A DNA stretch of 64,000 nucleotides. It comes from Candidatus Omnitrophota bacterium. GTDB taxonomy: Bacteria; Omnitrophota; Omnitrophia; Omnitrophales; Aquincolibacteriaceae. The number at the start of each line of letters is the position of its first letter. Positions within the stretch are counted from its first letter, which is position 1. The stretch spans positions 25,402 to 89,401 of the forward strand of contig CAIOAT010000044.1 of NCBI GenBank assembly GCA_903856085.1. The letters run 5' to 3'. Both the position numbers and the translations under genes were made by a program. Positions 41,881 through 50,714 of this stretch are shown here, piece after piece. The notes under the pieces were generated by a model. It saw only the letters and a list, made by a program, of their open reading frames with translations. It was not told the DNA's origin and made no database searches.

Positions 41881-44800
41881 ATGGCTGGAACTTTAACGGA
41901 CGATAAAGCCCGACGACGAGAGCGTTTCTCGAAGCGTCTCATTGCGATCTTTGTTGTCGTTGTTTTTACGCTTTTTGACGCCGTTCGCTATGCTCCACAA
42001 GGCTATGCGAGCCCTATTGCTACAGTCGTTGATCCTGTCCTTGCGTCTGTTTCGATTCCCAAGGAACTTGGTAAGGTGGAGGAATCCTTTCGCGGGACTG
42101 CGGGCAAGACTGTGATCTTCATTGAGGACGCCCATGATTCCCTTGAAGCCCAGGAGAATATCGCAAAGCTTATCGGGAAGCTCGTAAAAGAAAATGGGAT
42201 CAAAACGGTTTTTGAAGAGGGCTACGAAGGCTCGGTTCCTACGGATAAGTTTTTTGGTTTTATTCAAGATCCCAAGATCAAACAAAAAGTCTCCTATTTC
42301 CTTTTGGATAAACTCCGTGTCGGCGGCGCGGAATACGCGCATATCAATCGGGTAAACGATTTCAAGCTGATCGGGGTCGAGGATCTCGAGCTGTACGGCG
42401 AGAATATCCAGTCCTACCGAACCTCCTCCCGAAATAGGCAAAGCATCGATGAAGACTTGAAAGAATTGTTTTCACAAATCGCCGTCCTTGCCGACCGGTA
42501 TTTTTCAAAGGAACTAAGGCGTTGGCTAAAGCACAAGGATCGTTTCGGGGAGGGGCAACTGCCGCTTCTTGATTATCTGAAAAGAACGCGTGACATCTTT
42601 CTTCAAAAGTGCTCGGCGCGCATGTTTGGGCAGCAATATCCGGCGGTGACGATCCTTCTCGCTGCGAAGTCATCGCGGGATCCGAAGCTTCTCGATCAGC
42701 TGAACACTTTGGATCTTAAGGTTGTTTTTGACGAAGTTTTGAGGTTGGAACGGGATCTTTCCAAGAGTTTTCTTGAAAATGAGAGAGATCGCAAGATCTT
42801 CGATTATTATCAGGCCCTGGGGCTTCTTAAGAGATTGAATCGAATCGAACTGACTCAGCCGGAATATGAAGCAGCCCAAGAGACGCTTCAGAAATTCGAG
42901 ACGCAAGAATTAGCGAATTTCATAGTATCTCTCACTCATCATTCATTGGTTCTTTCCAAAGAGTGGGAGCATCACATCCAGGATGCTATCCGGTTCTATG
43001 ACGTGGCGCACGGGAGAGATCGATCAGTCGACGTTCGTCTCAGAGAATTTCTTCGGAATAAAGAAGGAGATTCTGCGATTCTTGTGTTTGGCGGGTTCCA
43101 TGCAAGCGGCATCAAGGAGATTCTAAGGCAGCAAGGTCTTTCTTACATCGTAATTTCGCCGAAGATTACTTCCGTTGATAAAAAGCACCGGGATTATTAC
43201 AAACGGCTAATGTCCGAAGGTCGTCACTCCTTCGAAACCCCACTTCTCGTGGCTCGAGCCAACAGGTCTCCGGGCTATTTTTATTTAGCCGCCACAGGCA
43301 AAGAAGAATTTGTTCGTGCGGAACTCCGAGATATTGCTTCTTCCGTCAAGGCGCTTGGAGAGAACGCTGACTCGCTGCTGATTGAGCGCGGCCTCGCTGC
43401 ATTTGATCAATCGCGGGAGCATCAGCTTGTCAATGCAGAGACTGAAACATCGCAGACTCGTTCCGAGGTGCACTTGGATACTGTTCATTTAAGTGCTTTT
43501 CAGCCGGCGGCGGTGGTGAGCCGCCGTTCGGAGATGCGGGTGATGGAACCGGAAGTGCGAAAAGTTCTGGATGAAAAGTTCCAGGCGGTGGCGAATTTTC
43601 TCTCTGCTCGTGAAGAGTATATGCCGGGTCGCAATGTTCCCCTCCGAGACCAATGGGCTCCGACTGAGATCAGTAAGCTTGCGTTTTTAAAAGGGGAGAA
43701 GATCCTTGTCATGATTCTCGGGACGTGGGAGGACAAGGTCGCTTTTGAGGCCGCGCCAATCATCCGGGATCTTCGGGCCCGTGGTTATGATATCAAGGTT
43801 TTGACCAGTGGGAAATACGGGAACAAACCCGGAGTATTCTTTGATGCGCAGGGAAACCGGCTTCCTGAAGCTGTCGGTTACAAGCAAATCTTAGAAAAAG
43901 AAGGGGTGTCCGTGGATTTTGTGGAGCCTGATTCGACGAATTCTGGAGACAATATCCTGTTTTCCAAGAAAAAAATCGATGAGGCCGGATACAAGCCTGA
44001 TGTGATCATCGTGATGCAGAACGGGCTTCTTCAAAAGCGGGCCGGGTTGAGCATTGTCCGCCAGCATTTTGGGATTAAAAATGAAAAAGAAGAACATGAG
44101 GCCAAGAGAAAATTCGACGCCTCCGGCCTCCGGCTCATCAGCTACGCGCCCTATGTACCCAATGTTTCCGGACAAAGCGATCCAGAGGTCCTGCTAACTC
44201 TTGAATACGCATTAAAAGAGGTCGAAGCCCTGAAAAACTATCCCGCAATAGGATATACCATTCCTGTAGCGATCCCAGAGGATGTCCGCCAAGCAGCGGC
44301 AGATCTGACCGCAATGCTGGCTGAAATCAACAAGAGGATCGAAGAAAAAGCTAAAATTAAAGAGCATGTTTCTGACCTCGGGCAGGTGAAAGAGCGTCTT
44401 CGCACCAAATGGAATGAGGTTCGTTGGGTTCACAACAGGATTCCCGGGAAGAAAAATATTCCTGAGCCCGTTGGGCAATGGACTCAAGATGGTTTTTTAT
44501 GGAAAGGCATTTATAACCAGATTGATCCTCATGCTCTGGAAACAGCGATCGATCCCAATCCACCCGCCGGGCAAGAGCCGGCAAAACCAGGCTGGGTATT
44601 CGGGGATTATCCGGATGCCTCTCAAGTTCTTTTTACGGTGGATATCGACGGAGAACAAGGCAGAGTGCTTGTGGCTGGGGACGCGCAGCTTTCCAACGAA
44701 TCCCTTCTTATTCTCGATCGCGATACGCATCTGGTCTTGACGGATGAAAAATCCAATCTTTCGCTTTTGAAATTCCACAGGCGAAGCGGACTGAAAGGTT

Positions 44801-47800
44801 ATATCAATTTATGGGGGATAGGTCAGTTCCCGCGCTTGCACGATCATTTGGTTGAAGATATGCCCATCTTCGGATTACCGCTGAGAAAATCAGGCGGAAA
44901 AGTTGATGGTCTCGAAATGCAGGAGCTTGGGAATTATGCGGCCTCAACGCTGGTTTATACGGATGATGACGATGCGAAGCTTGCGGCGGTCATGGCCAAG
45001 ACCGCGCAGGAATTGTTGGAGGAAAAGATCCCGCATCAGGTGTTTCTTGCGGCCGGAAAGGTCATTTTTGTTCTGCGCGGTAGCGATCCACAGACGCTTC
45101 ATAAAGTCGAAGGGGAAAATTTCGCCGGACGGTACCTTACGGGTCAATTTGTCGGAGGGGTTGTCGGGTATCCGAAGGCGAGTGCCGATAAGATCACGCC
45201 TGAAAAATATCAGGACATAATGAGACGGGTTAGTCAGCCGGTCTCGATACGTGCTCGGATCATTTCAAATTTGCAACAGAAGGGGGTGGTTTCTCCTGCC
45301 CGGAATAATAAACGTTCCGAGATGCGTAAAGATACGGCGGAACAAGTGACGACCGAGATCTATGATCCGAAGCAAGCGGGGATCGATGTCAGTGTGAATC
45401 CCGTGCCAAGCGGGCATTTCCGGTATGACCAGGCGTCGAAACAACATTTCTGGGATGGAAAACAGGTTCTTTTTCGTAAAGACGAAGGCATTGCTAGAGA
45501 ATCCGCAGCTCCAGGAGCCCGGACTTGGCCGGTCGATATTGCCTGGGAAGAACATGAAAAAGATTTTGCGGCGGCTCATCCGTTGTTCGATCTTCACTCC
45601 TATGGAAATCTTTACAACAACGCTGGGTTTGTTGTCTTTGACGGGAAAACAGGCATGCTTTATTACCAGGCCGGGGAAGCCTTTGAGAAAAAAGCGTATT
45701 CGATGCTGGTTTCTTGGAACGATCGCACCGTTACCTCCGAGAATGTCCGTTTCGAACAGATCGCCGGAGGCAAGGCCGGTAAAGTTCAGGTGTTTGTTGA
45801 TGGGCAGTCGGGACCGATTCAGGACAAGATCCGGTTCGCGGTGTTCGGACAGAGATTAATCCACAAAGGCGCCGTGGTGCCTCTTGAGGCGGTCGCAGAT
45901 CAATTCGAGGACCTGTTTCAGCTTTATCGGCTTCCTCAATTCATGCAATGGAGAGAAAACGCGGCGCCAGTCTATGGACGAACGATCGGTGTGGAGGAGT
46001 TGGCCCGTTGGAGGACTACCGGCGATCCCAGGGACAAGGCCTTATTTATGGACGTTGTTCGTCATGATGGCTACATGGAGATTGATCTGACAGGTTATTT
46101 GCGGGAAGAAAAAGACAGCAAAGTCACTGTCAGGACCCTCAAAGAGATCAAGGACGGGGCTCTTACTCCGTTTGGCTATAAAGAAGTGGGGCTCGCGGAG
46201 CCGCAGGCGTTAAAGCGAGGCGAATATTTTATCCAAGACAACAGGCTGCATATTCGTTTTCTCCCTTATCCGTACCCGCATCATGTGCTCGGGATCACGG
46301 CATCGGGGAAAGTCGTTTCGGTTCTTTACATAGGAGACAAATATAAAAAACAGGGCGTTACGCTCCAAGACCTTCCTGAGAGCGTTCGCGAGCGCTATGG
46401 GAATCAGGAGAAAGATCCCATCCAGGAACTCCTCGTGATTGCGCAGGGTCGGGACAGTTTCCGCCGTCGTGACGGAAGACTTTCCGAACGCAGTCCTTAT
46501 ATCAATCTCAAGGGAACTGCCGCCATCCTTTTTGAACGGATCATGCCACCTGCCGCATCTACTTCTCAGGATTTGCTTGCGCCTCGCTCCGAGATGCGGA
46601 ATGCTGATGCGTCAGCGGTAGGCATGGCTGCTGTAAAACGACAAGCCATGGAAGCTCCCGACCCAGAGGGTTTCCTGAAAGTTGTAACAGCGTATCGCCT
46701 CGGAAAAGGATTGCTGACCACCGATAAGACTTTTTTCCTAACGGGTATTTATGACTTTCTTGGAAACACCGATCCCATTATCTCGACTCTGGAAGATATC
46801 GAAAGACGCACGAAGACCGGGCGGCAGCTTTTAGAGGACGTTTGGCAGGATCCTCAACAGCGTTCCAAGCTGTTTGATTTTGCCATTTCATACCATTACA
46901 GCTACACGCGCGAAGACCGGCTTCTAGAATTGGTTCGTAAACTTATCGAGGGGATCCAACAGCGGGGGGATTTTGCTTCGCAGGAAAAAATAACCATTCT
47001 GGACATAGGAACCGCTCCTAAGAAGTTTGGCTCTCCGACCTCGATGCAGACGATGGAAATGTTCCGCGCTGCTTTCCCAGACAAGCAAATAGAACTTAGC
47101 TCCGTAGACATGCAATTCCCAGCTTCATTTAAATTTAATGCCGAAGGAGTATATGTTGATGAGCGGACAGGTATCCGTTACGTCAACTACGACATCCGTA
47201 AGGGACCGTTGCCATCCGCTGATATTGTTATTGCCGTGAATCTGTTGGATCTTTATCAGGATGTTCAGGAGAGGAAACGTATTCGGAAGAATATTTTTCA
47301 ATCCAGCTTGAAGTATGTCGTTACTGGCGTCAAGAGTACGGAGGATATTTTCCGGCGTTCTAACGAGCAATCTGATCAATGGACAAAGATCGCAACAGTC
47401 CAGTTAATGGAGGAATGGTATGCGCAAAGTCTCTACCAAGGATTGGGTTTTTCTTCAGAAAACATAGGCTTCCAGAATTTGGCGGTGCGAAACGACTTGT
47501 ACGTCAATTACGAGTTCATGAAACCGCTTTTCGCGTTGCTCGAGAAGACAAAAACAAGCCGTTATCATGCCGCGTTCCAGGTTCTTACCGTGCTCTTTTT
47601 GCGCGGGGAATTGGAGGCACTTGTGTCGGGTGAGACGGTGAGTTTTCCAATGGAAGGCAGGCCTTTAGCAAAGTACTTTCCCGCAGAGAAGGATCGGGAG
47701 GTTATCCACCAGTTTCTGGTTTTTATGCAGGATCTGAAAAAGACGAGGGTTTTGAAGAATGAGGCATCGAACGATCCGAATCATGTGATCCCCCGGTTCT

Positions 47801-50187
47801 ATGAGTTGATCAATTTGTTTATTCTTGACCAGCACCAAAGGGGCGTGCTTCCGAAGTCTGGAAAAACATTGAAGATCTTATTACTCCAGGCAAGAGCGGA
47901 ACCGTTCGGATATGTTCCGGCCTATCTTCCCATAGGATTACCGGCACTGACGGCTGCTCTGAAAGGGGATGATTATCAGGCGCGCTTGTTCTCGCGTTTA
48001 TTGGTAGATCCCGATATTTACGAAAACTATTTAACCACGGATAAAGATGTTCGAGCGATCGATTTTCAGACCAAGGAGGCGTCATTTGAATTCGAAAAAT
48101 ATCTGTCGGAATTCAAGCCCGACATTGTCGGAATAAGAACGGTTTCAGCTTCCATCAAGGAATCCCAAAGGCTGGCCCGGGTCGCCAGGGCGGTTTTGGG
48201 GAATCATGCGCAGATCCATTTTGGAGGTTATCACATTACTGCGTTGCCAGAGGAAACGATGGCGGAGAACAAGGGGATTGTGGACGTTGGGTTTCTTCAA
48301 GAAGCTGAAGAATCCTATCCGCATTACTTGGCCATGTTCGTCAGCGGTCAGGATCCTGCCTCTGTGCCAGGGATATGCTATTACGACCACACCGGAAAAC
48401 TAGTTAAAACCGCCCCGAGAAGACCCGTGATCCCTTTTGATTATTATCCTTCCTTTATGGATTTTTTCGACATGCTTCCGGATCTTGATCGCTATGCGGA
48501 GCTGATCGTCGATAGCAAGCATGGGAAGATAACTTCCAAGATGGCTTTACTTGTGACGGAGCGAGGATGTAAGGCCCACTGCGCCTTTTGTCCGACTCGC
48601 ATCATGTTTGGCGCTTCGGGGATCAGATTTGATTCTGTCGAAACCGTTCTCAGCATTATGGAGGCCTATTATAAAAGGGGCTATCGGATATTCAATTTCC
48701 GGGATGATAATTTCACCGGGGATAGGCAGAGGGTGATGGCTTTGTCGGATGCCATTATCAAGAAAGGCTGGAAGATAGCATGGACATGCATGTCACGGGC
48801 CGACACGGTGGATGAAGAACTACTGACTAAGATGTACGACAGCGGCCTTTCGATGATCGCTTTTGGGGTGGAAAGCGGATCGGAGGATATTTTAAAGTCC
48901 ATGGGCAAGAGAGAGCTCTTATGGCCGATCAGAAAAGCCAATGTGTGGAGCCGGAAGCTAGGAATCTATTACAAAAATTATTATATGGTGGGTGCCCCAG
49001 GGGAGCAATGGCAGCATATCCTGAGGACATTGCTTTTCATGGCGGATTCCTTCGGAGGTTTTTCAACCATCAATCAAGCCGTTCAAGAAGGTCATGTCGT
49101 TAATGATGGAGAATATAGCGCAGCCTTTGATGGCTTGGTCAAAGAGGTTTCAGGTGCGGGGGAGGGCCTGGAACAATTCCTGACGAGGGAATTGAATTTT
49201 GTTGGGATGAAGCAGGATTCCGTTAACGTGGCTTACGCGATGCCGTATCCCGGTTCCACATGGTATAACCAGATAGGAAAAAAGATATGGATGGAGACCG
49301 ATCTTTTCCGGCATGGTCCCGCGGATCGCGACAATCTTGGCGTTTATAAATCTCCGACGCATACGGTAGAAATGACCCGTGAGGAAATTTCGGAAGCGAG
49401 GGAAGCGGTTGTGGGTTTTTACAAGGCTTTGGAGCAAAAAGATCGCGGAAAAATACTGGAGATCTTGGGAAAAGTTATTGGAAGAAGTCGCTCTGAGCTG
49501 CATGGACCGGAACGCAATCACGAAGAGCTGAAGACTTTGATTTCCCCATCAGGAAAACGTTCCGAAATGCGAGTTGCCCCAGAGGCGATATTAGGGGATG
49601 GCGGAACTCTTCGCGGGATCCCGAGCGCTAGTCCTGTAAAGGCTGTTTCTCGGGCGCGTGCTGACCGGATGATCCGGAGTGTCGGGAAAAATGTGCAGGG
49701 AGCAACGGTGTTCGTGGACGCGGAAGATTTTCCGAACCTCTCTCTGGAACAAAAACAGGAATATTTGATCGTGGCGCTTTCGAATAAAGCGCTTCACGTA
49801 GTAGTCTATAATGAGCATGAGCAGGTGCGTGACGAGTTGTTGGATGCTCTTCTCAAGCTTGACCGCGTGACGAGGACCGACAAAGACCTCGTCGGGGCCC
49901 AAATCAGTTTTGACCGGCCGAATGCGCCGAGCATTCATCTTTCCAAGCGGAACCTTCCATCCCCGGAAATGGTCCAACGTTTCAGGAAGAGGATCGCGTT
50001 TTTCAAAACGCAGGGACAAAATGGTGGAACTTTGGCTGCAGCGCTTCTTTGGTCGTGGTCGGGCGGGGAGGAATCCCGATTGAGGGAGGTGACCATGCAG
50101 GATGGATTCTGGGTCGTTGCTGAGTCCTTGGTTAATGCGCTTCAAGCCAGCTATGAAAGCAATCTTGCTTTTGCGGTCGCGGCCTAA
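41881..50187 (+). CDS. Giant multidomain protein (2768 aa): signal peptide, EDAH/GGFH N-domain, DUF218-like, possible HIT-like, NAGPA-like, SAM methyltransferase, B12-binding radical SAM, C-terminal domain
   Basis: Uninterrupted ORF; EPDSTNSGDNILFS (YdcF/DUF218), ILDIG (class I methyltransferase), KPDIVG/GGYHIT (B12-binding), CKAHCAFC at 48568-48591; RSE[MLV][RH] motifs at module junctions. Confidence 0.9.
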   Translation: MAGTLTDDKARRRERFSKRLIAIFVVVVFTLFDAVRYAPQGYASPIATVVDPVLASVSIPKELGKVEESFRGTAGKTVIFIEDAHDSLEAQENIAKLIGKLVKENGIKTVFEEGYEGSVPTDKFFGFIQDPKIKQKVSYFLLDKLRVGGAEYAHINRVNDFKLIGVEDLELYGENIQSYRTSSRNRQSIDEDLKELFSQIAVLADRYFSKELRRWLKHKDRFGEGQLPLLDYLKRTRDIFLQKCSARMFGQQYPAVTILLAAKSSRDPKLLDQLNTLDLKVVFDEVLRLERDLSKSFLENERDRKIFDYYQALGLLKRLNRIELTQPEYEAAQETLQKFETQELANFIVSLTHHSLVLSKEWEHHIQDAIRFYDVAHGRDRSVDVRLREFLRNKEGDSAILVFGGFHASGIKEILRQQGLSYIVISPKITSVDKKHRDYYKRLMSEGRHSFETPLLVARANRSPGYFYLAATGKEEFVRAELRDIASSVKALGENADSLLIERGLAAFDQSREHQLVNAETETSQTRSEVHLDTVHLSAFQPAAVVSRRSEMRVMEPEVRKVLDEKFQAVANFLSAREEYMPGRNVPLRDQWAPTEISKLAFLKGEKILVMILGTWEDKVAFEAAPIIRDLRARGYDIKVLTSGKYGNKPGVFFDAQGNRLPEAVGYKQILEKEGVSVDFVEPDSTNSGDNILFSKKKIDEAGYKPDVIIVMQNGLLQKRAGLSIVRQHFGIKNEKEEHEAKRKFDASGLRLISYAPYVPNVSGQSDPEVLLTLEYALKEVEALKNYPAIGYTIPVAIPEDVRQAAADLTAMLAEINKRIEEKAKIKEHVSDLGQVKERLRTKWNEVRWVHNRIPGKKNIPEPVGQWTQDGFLWKGIYNQIDPHALETAIDPNPPAGQEPAKPGWVFGDYPDASQVLFTVDIDGEQGRVLVAGDAQLSNESLLILDRDTHLVLTDEKSNLSLLKFHRRSGLKGYINLWGIGQFPRLHDHLVEDMPIFGLPLRKSGGKVDGLEMQELGNYAASTLVYTDDDDAKLAAVMAKTAQELLEEKIPHQVFLAAGKVIFVLRGSDPQTLHKVEGENFAGRYLTGQFVGGVVGYPKASADKITPEKYQDIMRRVSQPVSIRARIISNLQQKGVVSPARNNKRSEMRKDTAEQVTTEIYDPKQAGIDVSVNPVPSGHFRYDQASKQHFWDGKQVLFRKDEGIARESAAPGARTWPVDIAWEEHEKDFAAAHPLFDLHSYGNLYNNAGFVVFDGKTGMLYYQAGEAFEKKAYSMLVSWNDRTVTSENVRFEQIAGGKAGKVQVFVDGQSGPIQDKIRFAVFGQRLIHKGAVVPLEAVADQFEDLFQLYRLPQFMQWRENAAPVYGRTIGVEELARWRTTGDPRDKALFMDVVRHDGYMEIDLTGYLREEKDSKVTVRTLKEIKDGALTPFGYKEVGLAEPQALKRGEYFIQDNRLHIRFLPYPYPHHVLGITASGKVVSVLYIGDKYKKQGVTLQDLPESVRERYGNQEKDPIQELLVIAQGRDSFRRRDGRLSERSPYINLKGTAAILFERIMPPAASTSQDLLAPRSEMRNADASAVGMAAVKRQAMEAPDPEGFLKVVTAYRLGKGLLTTDKTFFLTGIYDFLGNTDPIISTLEDIERRTKTGRQLLEDVWQDPQQRSKLFDFAISYHYSYTREDRLLELVRKLIEGIQQRGDFASQEKITILDIGTAPKKFGSPTSMQTMEMFRAAFPDKQIELSSVDMQFPASFKFNAEGVYVDERTGIRYVNYDIRKGPLPSADIVIAVNLLDLYQDVQERKRIRKNIFQSSLKYVVTGVKSTEDIFRRSNEQSDQWTKIATVQLMEEWYAQSLYQGLGFSSENIGFQNLAVRNDLYVNYEFMKPLFALLEKTKTSRYHAAFQVLTVLFLRGELEALVSGETVSFPMEGRPLAKYFPAEKDREVIHQFLVFMQDLKKTRVLKNEASNDPNHVIPRFYELINLFILDQHQRGVLPKSGKTLKILLLQARAEPFGYVPAYLPIGLPALTAALKGDDYQARLFSRLLVDPDIYENYLTTDKDVRAIDFQTKEASFEFEKYLSEFKPDIVGIRTVSASIKESQRLARVARAVLGNHAQIHFGGYHITALPEETMAENKGIVDVGFLQEAEESYPHYLAMFVSGQDPASVPGICYYDHTGKLVKTAPRRPVIPFDYYPSFMDFFDMLPDLDRYAELIVDSKHGKITSKMALLVTERGCKAHCAFCPTRIMFGASGIRFDSVETVLSIMEAYYKRGYRIFNFRDDNFTGDRQRVMALSDAIIKKGWKIAWTCMSRADTVDEELLTKMYDSGLSMIAFGVESGSEDILKSMGKRELLWPIRKANVWSRKLGIYYKNYYMVGAPGEQWQHILRTLLFMADSFGGFSTINQAVQEGHVVNDGEYSAAFDGLVKEVSGAGEGLEQFLTRELNFVGMKQDSVNVAYAMPYPGSTWYNQIGKKIWMETDLFRHGPADRDNLGVYKSPTHTVEMTREEISEAREAVVGFYKALEQKDRGKILEILGKVIGRSRSELHGPERNHEELKTLISPSGKRSEMRVAPEAILGDGGTLRGIPSASPVKAVSRARADRMIRSVGKNVQGATVFVDAEDFPNLSLEQKQEYLIVALSNKALHVVVYNEHEQVRDELLDALLKLDRVTRTDKDLVGAQISFDRPNAPSIHLSKRNLPSPEMVQRFRKRIAFFKTQGQNGGTLAAALLWSWSGGEESRLREVTMQDGFWVVAESLVNALQASYESNLAFAVAA
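43459..49572 (+). repeat. Dispersed in-frame motif R-S-E-[MLV]-[RH], 6 copies
   Basis: Copies start at 43459 (RSEVH), 43525, 45313, 46585 (RSEMR), 49489 (RSELH) and 49558 (RSEMR); related RAELR at 43315. Confidence 0.9.
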
Positions 50188-50579
50188 TCGAACCAATGCT
50201 TATTCAGTCTTTTTTGTGATTTTAGCTGATTAAAACCATCAGACATCCTCTTTCCATGCCTGCGGAGAGTTGCTGTATTTTTTAAATGCCTTTTCGTCGA
50301 AGTTCTCGGCGGTTTCTGGCAAGCTTTCACTAGTAGGCCCCTCCTGAATTTCAAAAAAATCTTCAAGCTTAAAATTGGTTAATTTTAAAAAACTTTTTAT
50401 TATCATGATAAATACGCTTATCTTAAAAATCAAATTTTAGCCAAAAAGTCTCTGTTTTGTGTGTTTCATAATGCTATAAGAAATTATAAGGAATATTTTA
50501 TAAGTTAATATATTTTAAAGGAGTGTTATAACCAGTTGCTTGGTAACAGGTTACATCATTAAATTTTTTTTAGCTTTGC

Positions 50580-50608
50580 TTGACTGGGAACCTTCTATTG
50601 TGTATATT
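50580..50608 (+). promoter_or_regulatory. Putative sigma70 promoter of giant gene 2
   Basis: TTGACT-17 bp-TATATT in an AT-rich intergenic region; GAGAGGA RBS near 50698-50704. Confidence 0.6.
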
Positions 50609-50714
50609 TCTATTAGGTTCTTAAGACTTTAAAATAAGTTTTATATCGTAGTTACCAATCAGCTATGAGCGCGTAGAGTAGTTTTAATCGAATCTGAGAG
50701 AGGACGGCAATCCG

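Noticed and set aside
43459-49572. RSEMR-coding repeats as a CRISPR array or integron attC sites
   Set aside because: Only 15 bp, irregular kb-scale spacing, not palindromic, synonymous variation, and no cas or integrase gene in the window
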